A stretch of DNA of 63,421 nucleotides, counting the filler, from Licmophora abbreviata (lineage: Eukaryota): NCBI GenBank assembly GCA_900291995.1. It is 13 parts of 13 records of this genome, joined end to end, with 100 filler letters (N's around TTAATTAATTAA, not from the genome) between each part and the next. Parts side by side here need not be neighbours in the genome. Positions count along the whole stretch, not along the records: positions 24,774 to 48,330 come from OLMU01004212.1; 12 more parts are not named here. One strand, written 5' to 3'. Under the pieces are notes generated by a model. It did not search any database. It saw only the letters and a program-made list of their open reading frames with translations, and was not told the DNA's origin. Within the stretch, counting starts at the first letter, position 1. Each line of letters starts with the position of its first letter. Both the position numbers and the translations under genes were made by a program. This document shows positions 35,557-45,011 of this stretch, piece by piece.

Positions 35557-37812
35557 TCACATCGATGGAACGTTGTACCGTTCTCTCCAGTCATTCGGGA
35601 TTTCCGTATTTGGAATCGTTCTGTAGTTTTTGTAACCATCACGCCAAATTCGCGCCCCTTCCTTTAACAAGGAGTCGGGGATCAACGTGGATGGATAGAA
35701 TTCGAGCTCCGATACCATGTATTCGACAGCATCGATTCGCTCTCGTTCTGACGTGTCGTCTCGCAGAGACCCTGAGGGCACACCGACAAGGATATCTACA
35801 CGGAGCATATCCTTGTGTGAAGCGACTCGTTCCGCAGTTTCGATCACCTGCGACCAGTCCACCCATTCTGGTATCGACCGTTCAAAACTGCCGCGTGCCA
35901 AGCTGCCGTCTCTCCGTACAATCCCAGGATCCCACATGTAGTGCGGAAACCACCTCTTCTTCCAAACCGAACAGTACCACTGCGCGACCCATGCCTTGCC
36001 CCAAATGACGAAAACTTTGAATTCCATTGCCGAGGGCTCTTCCGGCGATTCGCATCGCAAACCTCGATCCCAAGAATGAATGCGCTCTTCGATCACCAAG
36101 CCTGGTTGGACATTCAGCAGCACCCACGACTCCCATTCATCAGGTCGTTCGTAGACACTATTGGCTAGACTGGTCGCCACATCGTGGTACGTATCGTAGT
36201 TGCGGTGCTCTTTGTACTTCATTCCTGTCTGACTAATCAACACCGAGTCCTCCTGCTCGGTATTGTGATTCACTATCCACAAGTCGTAACTCTCCGCCTT
36301 GTGAGAAGGCTTCGCCACGAAGTCTGTTCTGTTATCACTCGGAAGCAAATCCAATATACTCTTGTAGTACTCAAATTGCACGTTTTCACATGGAAGTTCC
36401 GAAGCATAGCTTAATGCAATGAGGGGAGGTATCGTGACTTTGTGGTGCACTGGAAGCCAGCGCTTCAGAGCTACCTTATCCTCGTAGAATGAAATTGTCG
36501 GATTTTTTAGCCTCCCACGGTACTTCATAATGTCCCACCACCCTTCGTCGCCCTTGACGGATCGACCAATATCAAAGTCTTCAAACAATTCAAAAGGCTC
36601 TTCGAGCGTGTCTTCCTCGGGTTGATCCACTAGTGCATGTCGCATCGCCTCGACCAGAGCTGAGTGGTACTGTCGAATGATTTCAAGCTCATGCGACGGC
36701 ACATTGTCGGGAGAATCGAGCGCGTCCAGTTCTCGCACCTCTTTCAGGCGTTCCAATTCGTCCCGCAAAGCCTGAAATGCAGCTCGATGCGTCGGCTGGC
36801 CCTCGGGCCAAACGACCGTCAGGCTTTCATTCTTCTTTGGAAGCCCTGCACGGGCTTCTTCCAGCTGCACGACAATGGTGTGCCGCCTCCCCTGATGATC
36901 ATTCAACTGAAATTGAAAAAGCTGCGGTAGTTCCTCCACTATCCCTTGATCCAGCAAGTGTCGAGGTGTCCCCAGTGGCTGCCCCATTCCGGTAGACCAA
37001 TGAATAGGTTCATCGGCAAGTATATCTCGCGATGCGACAAGTGCAATGTCGCTTCCCACATGGTAGGATGCAAGCCTTGTATTAAAATAGTCACCGTCGC
37101 GATGTGTATAGACTTCCATCCATGGCACCATGGTTTCTTGCCATTTGTCTCCAGCAGGAGTCTGTAGGCCATTGGAACGGTGTGCAATCGTCATTAACGC
37201 AATCCGAAATTCCACATGATGGTTGGTGAGCTTTGCTGCATCCCCACCACCAAGACAACTCTGTAGATACCACGTCCAATGAGTACCCACATCACGAAGA
37301 GGCAAGTGCTGGCCGAGTATCCTTCCGATGAGTAGCTCCCGACCTGCCTCGGTCCATCCGTCTGGGAGTAGGGCTGGTCTGTGAATATACAGTTGTTCCA
37401 GCCAGGCCAGATAGGGACCAAATTGCGTTTTGAAATTATCATCCTTGTACTTGTTGTATTCCCGCTGCACTGCCTGAATCGTGTCGCACAAGTTGTCCGA
37501 TTCTGGGTCTTCGGGTGCCACAATGAGCTTCCAGGGAATGCGGGCGAGTTCTGTACCAGCAGGAATGAATTCTGTTGCGTAAACTTTGCGACGAGACTTG
37601 TCTTTTCGAAGCACAGCCTGGCGCTCGTCAATGATTCCCCCATTGGCATGAATCCAGTCAACCAAGTTTGTCAAGACGCGCTGTTCTTCGTCCGGTAATC
37701 GCGACGACGGGTGGTCTTGGGCTTGAACAAGTCGAGTGTGAGACAGCTGTATCAGAGCTAGAACCACGAGCGACGCCGCGATAAGGAATGCTCTTCTCAT
37801 CGACAGACCCAT
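35557..37812 (-). CDS. secreted/ER fusion of an LSMT-like (pseudo)SET domain and a TupA-like ATP-grasp domain
   Basis: Signal peptide; DWIHANGG, IPAGTELARIP, MVPW..YTH, ASRDI; EDKVALK, FVAKPSH, LVIEE, EFKVFV, LRVD, SELEFYP. Confidence 0.7.
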   Translation of the reverse strand: MGLSMRRAFLIAASLVVLALIQLSHTRLVQAQDHPSSRLPDEEQRVLTNLVDWIHANGGIIDERQAVLRKDKSRRKVYATEFIPAGTELARIPWKLIVAPEDPESDNLCDTIQAVQREYNKYKDDNFKTQFGPYLAWLEQLYIHRPALLPDGWTEAGRELLIGRILGQHLPLRDVGTHWTWYLQSCLGGGDAAKLTNHHVEFRIALMTIAHRSNGLQTPAGDKWQETMVPWMEVYTHRDGDYFNTRLASYHVGSDIALVASRDILADEPIHWSTGMGQPLGTPRHLLDQGIVEELPQLFQFQLNDHQGRRHTIVVQLEEARAGLPKKNESLTVVWPEGQPTHRAAFQALRDELERLKEVRELDALDSPDNVPSHELEIIRQYHSALVEAMRHALVDQPEEDTLEEPFELFEDFDIGRSVKGDEGWWDIMKYRGRLKNPTISFYEDKVALKRWLPVHHKVTIPPLIALSYASELPCENVQFEYYKSILDLLPSDNRTDFVAKPSHKAESYDLWIVNHNTEQEDSVLISQTGMKYKEHRNYDTYHDVATSLANSVYERPDEWESWVLLNVQPGLVIEERIHSWDRGLRCESPEEPSAMEFKVFVIWGKAWVAQWYCSVWKKRWFPHYMWDPGIVRRDGSLARGSFERSIPEWVDWSQVIETAERVASHKDMLRVDILVGVPSGSLRDDTSERERIDAVEYMVSELEFYPSTLIPDSLLKEGARIWRDGYKNYRTIPNTEIPNDWRERYNVPSM

Positions 37813-38085
37813 GTTCTCAAGTGTACGACGACGGCTGATTGAGGCGACAGCATCGGTCCGCGGGGGCCACAAAAGTAGTCTAGAAGACCATACTAACTTC
37901 CATTTCACGGTCGGACCAGGTTATCTCATTGTCGAGTTGAGTTTGAAGTCAGTTCCGTTCTGGCTTGTTTTTTGGAAACGGGTTTTACGCATGACGGACG
38001 GACTACATAGAAGTCACCCGGATGCAATGACGTGTTCGGCCGACCGCTCGATTCGAAATCATAGCTCTCACTTTCTTTCGACACC

Positions 38086-39858
38086 ATGGCGACGAGAAAG
38101 ACGGTGTTGCTCGCGTTTCTGGCCCTGCTTCTAGCTCCGTCTGAAGGTTTCTCATCAATTCTCCATGCGGGGCCATCGTCAAGAACACACCACTGGCTTG
38201 CGTCTTCGTCGTCGTTGAACCAAGACGCGGTGGGCGTTTCTACTACTACTACTACTACTAACAATACAAAAAGCGCGTTCCGGCAGGCGCAAAACTGTAG
38301 CGTCACGTTCCCACCCTATTATGATCTCAAGGACTTGAGGGCTGGACAGCGTGTGGCATCGGATGTCTTTTCGGTGACCGGTTTCGATGGTACCCAGCAG
38401 CACTCCTTCCGTCTCCTGCTCTATCCCCGTGGTGGCGGACATGCCGCGAGCAAGACGAATTCCAAGCAAGAAGACGGTGGTTTCGGCATGAGCTACAAGA
38501 TTCTGCCCATGCTTTCGTCCACCGGTAATGAAAGAGTGGGACTTTACGTACAGTATCTTCCCAAGACACCCGATGAATCGGTCGATGCTTCTTTCTCCTT
38601 GCGACTTGTAGGACAACAGGCAACTGGGCCCAAGTTTGATGTCGAGTGGACCGCCGGAATGAGGTTTGTGGACTCGGCTCTGCAAAATTTAAGAGAGGGT
38701 CAAGCAAACGACTTTGGCGCGCATATTATGGAAACAAAGCTCTTGTCCACGTTTCTGGGCATTGCTGATGAGAGCGAATTGGAACGTAGATTACAAGTTA
38801 TGGTACAAATGACATTACATCCAAGGGTATTACTATCCGACGATAGCTCTGGGAAAGGAGGGATCCTCGAGTCGAAAACGAAGAATCAAGTACCATTTCG
38901 TGATGTCTTTCCTGTGCGAGACATCCGTGCATGCTCAGAGGCAGAAGAAGTATCACACGATCCAGAACGCGTTCGCGTCGGTAAGATTGTTGTTCCTGTC
39001 TTGCGCCGTCTCAGCCAACGACCTCGCATGTTTGAGCTAGGTGCCTATCCTGGAGTCGAGTATCGCATCATGCGCATCTTTGACCCCATCACGGGCGGAG
39101 AACTCTTCAACTCAGTCCCTGGAGCAGACTATGAACTGAAACCGATTTATCCTTTAGTGGATCAGCTCGAGCGTGACTGGCCCGTTCGTGTCAACGAGCG
39201 CGAAATTCCTCGTTTGTATACAGCCGGAATGTACAATGCCATTTCCGCAATTGGTTCCCTGTTCACTGCCATTGGAGGTTTGACAGCCGCCTTTGTTATC
39301 TCGCAAGCTGTGTCGCTGTTTTTCATACCATCCCGATCCATGGATCCTACATTACAAGTCGGCGATGTTTTGGTCGTGGAAAAGGTGACTCCTCGATTGT
39401 TTCACGGCGCGAACAAAGTCGGTGATGTCGTGCTCTTCTCTCCTCCAACAGGACTGCGAGACATTGTCTCGGCGAACGGTGGACGCATCGCAGATCGCGA
39501 TTTGTTCGTCAAGCGTGTCGCCGCCGTACCTGGAGACACCGTTACTGTGGATCGTACCGGGTCTGTACGAGTGAATGGAGAGGCGGCATCCGATGGTCTG
39601 CGAGACATGTGTGGTGCTGAACCTCTGCGACTCATTGAGAGATACATTCAGCCACAAGAGAAGAGATTGATCGTTGACGGACAAGTTTTCGTGCTAGGTG
39701 ACTGCAGTTCCGTTTCGATTGACTCACGCGTATGGGGACCTCTTGAGTCCAATGATATAGTCGGCCGACCCGTGGTGAGGATTTGGCCACTGGAAAGGTT
39801 CGGACCTGTACCGAGTCTTGTGCCTGTGGAACTCATGCAAAGCGAGTGGAAAGACTAG
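38086..39858 (+). CDS. plastid type I signal peptidase (thylakoid processing peptidase-like, S26) with N-terminal MATH-like domain
   Basis: Signal peptide ending SEG-F; FRLLLYPRG..VGLYVQ; IPSRSMDPTL (Ser), FVKRV (Lys), VFVLGD, SIDSRVWG. Confidence 0.88.
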   Translation: MATRKTVLLAFLALLLAPSEGFSSILHAGPSSRTHHWLASSSSLNQDAVGVSTTTTTTNNTKSAFRQAQNCSVTFPPYYDLKDLRAGQRVASDVFSVTGFDGTQQHSFRLLLYPRGGGHAASKTNSKQEDGGFGMSYKILPMLSSTGNERVGLYVQYLPKTPDESVDASFSLRLVGQQATGPKFDVEWTAGMRFVDSALQNLREGQANDFGAHIMETKLLSTFLGIADESELERRLQVMVQMTLHPRVLLSDDSSGKGGILESKTKNQVPFRDVFPVRDIRACSEAEEVSHDPERVRVGKIVVPVLRRLSQRPRMFELGAYPGVEYRIMRIFDPITGGELFNSVPGADYELKPIYPLVDQLERDWPVRVNEREIPRLYTAGMYNAISAIGSLFTAIGGLTAAFVISQAVSLFFIPSRSMDPTLQVGDVLVVEKVTPRLFHGANKVGDVVLFSPPTGLRDIVSANGGRIADRDLFVKRVAAVPGDTVTVDRTGSVRVNGEAASDGLRDMCGAEPLRLIERYIQPQEKRLIVDGQVFVLGDCSSVSIDSRVWGPLESNDIVGRPVVRIWPLERFGPVPSLVPVELMQSEWKD

Positions 39859-40321
39859 CTACTCTTAAGATAGTTGACGATGGATCTTACAACAAGGTGC
39901 CTTCTGAACAGCGTTAGGGGTTGATTGGACCTGTGAAACTCCTGGAATTGCGTGTCAATGATACTAGATGCTAGGGTTATGACCTGGAGTCTGACTGCTG
40001 AATTTGGGTATCGTATGATAGCTGTATGATGCCGGTACATTTTTTTGCAGTCGCTCTCTAAATATGCGACTTATTATGCGTAAATATTTGTATACCTACC
40101 CGCTTACTATAATTTCTTTTACTTTCCAAGAGTATCCAATGAGACCCTAAGCAAAATGAGATGGTACGCGCACGCGCTACACCTCGTCAGTGACCGTTAT
40201 CCGCTGTGCCAGCAGTCCTCACATATTCAATATTCTCAACATCATCGCTCACTTCCCGATTCCCGACATAATCTCTTTGATGTCGCTCTCATCGGCATGA
40301 CCACGTGATGAATTGGCTACA

Positions 40322-41594
40322 ATGGTGCTAATCAAGCGACGATCATACACACCGTCAGTTGTGACGAACACCCCACACAAGTATGCACTTCGCCTGCCCA
40401 GTGGGGACGGTCGAATTTCACCACCAAGTGCCTGCACGCCACAGGTAACTGTGTCACCAGAGTCGGGTGCCAGTCGGTCCTTTTCCTTCGATTCTGAAAG
40501 ACGGCCGATCTCAGGCGTGCACTCAAAGCTAGCTACGCCTTCCTGGCTCATCAAGGTGGTGGGTGCTTTGATTCTTTTATCTTGGATGGTTGGCTCAGTC
40601 TTCACCTCGCGCGCTCGTACAGCGCTCCACGACTTGAAGTATCAGCATCAGTTGTCCCGTATTCACCATGAGGAAGCACTTCAGATGCTCAATGAAGCTG
40701 AAAACTCACGGCAAGCTATGCAACGGCAAGTCCATCAGCTTCAGCACACCCAGAAGGTTCTTCAGCACGAGAAGCGAGTCAAGGCAGAGATGGCCGACGC
40801 CGGTGCCGTAGAGCCCGAACCCGCTGTGAGGAACTTCCTTGAGCAGCGTCAACAAATCTTGGCAGGAAGGATTGATGCGCTCCAGTCCTATATTCAGACG
40901 GACAGTAAACGAGAAGTCATTGAAAAGTAAGTGCCCGATGTACGACTGTGGCGTCATGGTAGACAAGAAAGGTTCGACTTATCGTGTCTTCTTCGTATTT
41001 TGTTTACATAGATACGGTCCTGGACCCCATCGAGTGGAATTCAAAGTCGAATTTGCCGAGAATTCTGGCAAGTACGAGTCTTTTGTTTTGGAGATGGCAC
41101 CAGTTGACGAAATGCCACACTCGGTACATGTATTTCTTGAAATGGTCTCAAACAAACTTTGGGACGATACAATGTTTTGGAGTCGTCCAGAAGCCGAGCA
41201 TATTATCACTTCATCGTTGGCCAACTATTACACAGGAGATACGAAAAGCCATCACTTTGAAGCCCTTGGCTTGAATGGCGTTAGCTACGCTGAGTATTCC
41301 AGTGAGTTTCCTCATAGACAATACACGGTCGGCTTTGCCGGGCGCGGTCCAATCTTTTATATCAACACAATGAACAATATCGCCACTCACGGTCCGGGAG
41401 GCCAGGCACATCATGACTTGCCCGACCAAGCTGACCCATGCTTTGCTGTAGTCCTGGAGGGACTGAGCGTCGTTGAAAAGATGCACCATTTAATTCTTCA
41501 GGAGGATCAACGAGGAAATGGGGGCAGTGAAGAGTCATGGCGGGAGCACGCTGTGGCCCATGTTGTCCAGGCGAGGATTTTGAGCCGCCGCTAG
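40322..41594 (+). CDS. membrane-anchored coiled-coil plus divergent cyclophilin-like domain; intron 40927-41011
   Basis: TM anchor; YGPGPHRVEF, MPHSVHVFL, TVGFAGRGPIFYIN, DPCFAVVLEG. Confidence 0.7.
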
Positions 41595-41907
41595 CTGGCT
41601 GACGGGTGAGGACGTAGGGGTGAGATGAGTTAGTTCAATGTGGAACGGTAAACGCTACCGTTCGACTTAAATTGTGTCATAAAAAGAAGGTCTCTTTGAC
41701 CTATTAGCAGTATTCTACCGGCACGACTTGCTATGATTGGCGCGCATATTGTACCAGGTACGAGTAGACCAAGGCGTTGATTGGTTCGATTCGACACGCG
41801 CACACACCCATGATGACCATGATTGGAAGGATGTGTTTTTTTGTTTTTTGCGTCGGCAAAAGACTCTGCCCTTTCAATCTGGTTTAACTCACAAGTAGTC
41901 AACAGTG

Positions 41908-42859
41908 ATGCAATCCAATAATCAAACATCCTCACCGTCGCCTCGCTGTGCGATCGTCGTCTTTGCCAAATGTCCGATCCAAGGAAAGTCCAAAACTCGT
42001 CTGGCGCCGCTGCTGGGAGAGGACGGAGCCGCGCAGCTAGCCAGGGCCATGCTCTCGGACGTGCTCGTGTCTCTGTCCGACCACTGTGTGAGTACGAATG
42101 AGAACTGTACCTTTGTCTCAAAGAGTGGTTCACTGGCGTGCGCTGACCGTCAAGTCGTGCTCTTCTCCTGTCTGATCGAAGTCAGTGCAGACGCTCAAGA
42201 TTCTCGCGTACGCACCGGGGAATGCCTCTGGGAGGGAGCACATGGTTCAGATCCTCCAGTCGCTGCAACTGGAACGCCAGTGGGCTCTCGAACCCATGCT
42301 CTCGGGAGATCTGAAGGCATCTGACTTGGGAGCGAAACTGACCTATGCGTTGACGAATACGAGGAGGCTACTGTTGGACGAGTCGCGGGGACGCAACGAT
42401 GGGGCCGTCATGTTCTTGGGGATGGATGCGCCGGAACTGCCCCTGGACGAAATCGTGACTGCGCTGCTGCATCCTCGGACAGCTCATCTCTGTCCTGCCA
42501 GCGACGGGGGATACGGCATGCTGTGTGTGCCTCCGGGCGCTCCGGATAGTATTTTCCAACATATTCGGTGGTCGGACCCACTTACATCTCTATCACAGCT
42601 CAAAGCACTGACCGATGCCGATGTGCCCGTCAAACTTGGTCGACTCATGAATGACATTGACGAACCAAAAGATGTGCAACAGTTGACGATCCGATTAGCA
42701 GCTCAGTCAAGTAAAGGCTCGTCGCATTCGTCGGATATTGAAACGGACGTGTTGCTGCAAAACTCATTCGGGATGCGGCACGATACATCAACTTGTCCAC
42801 ATACGACCACAGCATTGCAAAGACTAGGACTGCTGAAAGTACCCGAGGTATTATTATAA
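41908..42859 (+). CDS. DUF2064/CofC-like glycosyl/nucleotidyltransferase (TIGR04282-like); intron 42088-42190
   Basis: IVVFAK.P..GKSKTRL, DLGAKL, GMDAPEL, PASDGGY, DIDEPKD. Confidence 0.85.
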
Positions 42860-44395
42860 TAAATCCCGAATAAACGGAAGGGCTGCTCGCACTTTCCAGG
42901 ATGATTCACCAGCCTCGACGTTGCAATGGGCATGCTTTCGCATGGATTTCCATTCATTCTGCAACATGCCTTGTACCGCCGTTTCTGTTTGTGGAAACAC
43001 CAGGATGCAGTTGCTCTCGACATCCATCACTTCACTTCTCGCACCGAAATTTCCCGATCCTACCATGGCAGCTGCTGTATAGTAACAGTCCTTGCCAGAG
43101 TCAAGATGGCGGCAATTGATCCAGAGTCCCTTGGCGTGAAAGGTCCAACCGGGGCGTTCGAAAAACAGGAGTTCAGCATGGGCAAGTCGCTCAGCTATGT
43201 CCCTGTACAAGGCAGAAAAGATTGTAGGGACAAAGTCTCCTCTTCGGGGTCGACCTGGTTTCGGTGCAAAGCCGTGACTGCTTGGTCCAGCTGTCAATAA
43301 GGTAACGTGTTGTAGCTGCGATAGGAGATCGATTGTAGCGTCCGTTGGATTCAAGTAAGCACTCGAAAGCTGCACTGTCGTTTCAGTATCGTGTGCTTCG
43401 TGCGCTGCCAGTAGAAGTGTCCTTGTCAACTCTGCGTCCGACGTAAAGGACAAGTCTGAAGAGAAGAACCCCAGCGGTGCCTGAAACGTCGGTACTGCGA
43501 AAGCCACAACAGCCTCTGTCGAGTCATCGTTACGTATCGGCTCCTCGCACAATTCCGTGCCTTCGTCGTTAGACCCATCCATGATGCTACACAATGAGTT
43601 CATGAGCTCTGTTTTGGCCGCTGAAGTATTCTTCGGTACAGAGGATGAAGAGCCAAGATAGTGTTCACCGTATTGACACAGAGCGTCCACAAGATCGACG
43701 TAAAACTGGACAAGACCACCAGCTCCCTTCTTGAACAACATGTATCTGTCCTGCCGGTCGTCAAAGTACTCTTCGCTCAGGTTGGCCCCGGACAAAATGA
43801 GTTCATCATCAATGATATATGCCTTAATGTGAAAAACTCCCGCTACTTCATTCAAGGGCGATGGCAGTAGCAGTCGACGTGGTTCTGGGAGTGCCTGAAA
43901 GAGGAACAAGCCGCCAGCCGATCGCTCCTTCAAACGTTCGTACACTGCCTGAGCGGACGAGGTCTTCTTCTTTTTGTCGCTCTTGCTCTGGTCTTTGAGC
44001 GCTACAGGTCGAAGAGCGCGGTTCGCGTCGAGCAGTACTTTGACTTGAACATGCGAGGGGACGTCGGATAGGGCATCAAGTAGCTCGAGTTCCCGCTCGC
44101 CCGTTCCAGTCCCGATGTAAAGTGATGCCAGATGGACTCGTCGTTCCGCCAATCGAATCTTTCGACACAAGTATTCGTGAAAGTCGCGAGGCGTTGGAGG
44201 ATCCAGTGGTGATGACGACGAAGATACGCTCCCTATGTGCGCAGGAGAAAGCGGAAAGCAGCGTAGAGGAGGTGCTGAGGCAGTGATAGTGTGTGGCGGA
44301 ACTCGTGTCGCCACCGATTTCTCGACAAGACTTCCTCTCGCGGCATTCAAGAGCCTCTGAGCCAATCTCAGAGATTCTCGAGTAGCGTGAGACAT
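42854..44395 (-). CDS. PGS1: CDP-diacylglycerol-glycerol-3-phosphate 3-phosphatidyltransferase (PLD superfamily)
   Basis: LASLYIG, FHIKAYIIDD, SGANLSEEYF..RQDRY, WTFHAKGLW, GSGNFGARS. Confidence 0.92.
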   Translation of the reverse strand: MSHATRESLRLAQRLLNAARGSLVEKSVATRVPPHTITASAPPLRCFPLSPAHIGSVSSSSSPLDPPTPRDFHEYLCRKIRLAERRVHLASLYIGTGTGERELELLDALSDVPSHVQVKVLLDANRALRPVALKDQSKSDKKKKTSSAQAVYERLKERSAGGLFLFQALPEPRRLLLPSPLNEVAGVFHIKAYIIDDELILSGANLSEEYFDDRQDRYMLFKKGAGGLVQFYVDLVDALCQYGEHYLGSSSSVPKNTSAAKTELMNSLCSIMDGSNDEGTELCEEPIRNDDSTEAVVAFAVPTFQAPLGFFSSDLSFTSDAELTRTLLLAAHEAHDTETTVQLSSAYLNPTDATIDLLSQLQHVTLLTAGPSSHGFAPKPGRPRRGDFVPTIFSALYRDIAERLAHAELLFFERPGWTFHAKGLWINCRHLDSGKDCYYTAAAMVGSGNFGARSEVMDVESNCILVFPQTETAVQGMLQNEWKSMRKHAHCNVEAGESSWKVRAALPFIRDLL

Positions 44396-45011
44396 TTCTA
44401 GGTAAGTAAAACAGCTCACATAGGTAAACACGGCAGTCCAAGGCGGATCAAGGTCTTCCTCATTGCATTGATTTTAGGCAAGAGTAATGAGAGACGAGAG
44501 GGTTGAGAGGGTGACGAGATGCCAGCAAGATTCTCGAAAATCGAACCATTCGACTCGACTCACTCAATCGCGTGGACCCGTCCGTCCCTCGGCAGGACAC
44601 TGGTAGCTTGCAGTGCGCGCGCGCGTGCCTAAACTTCGTTAGAGCACGATGTTTACTTTGTATTAAAGATTTAATATTATATAAGTACACAAAACACGTA
44701 CATGTCTTTAAGTATCTCGAAATATAGTCTTAAGTCACGTATGCCGTATTCAGGCAGGTCCGTTTGAGATTGGTCCTGGATGTGACGCCGCCACAAAATT
44801 GCTCGCTCGCAGAAAACGTTTTGTCTCACTTTTTCCTGCTTTGTTGCACCGCATCATTAGATTTGTTGTTGACGAACCTCAACGCGATCCCTTCATCGAC
44901 AAAGACTCCCTCCTACACTTCAGCCCGGCAGCCTTGAGTGGCGCCTACGAATCGACAAGACACGGCAAGAAGTCAAAACTTTCAATTCATTTTGAATTCA
45001 AACCAAACACA

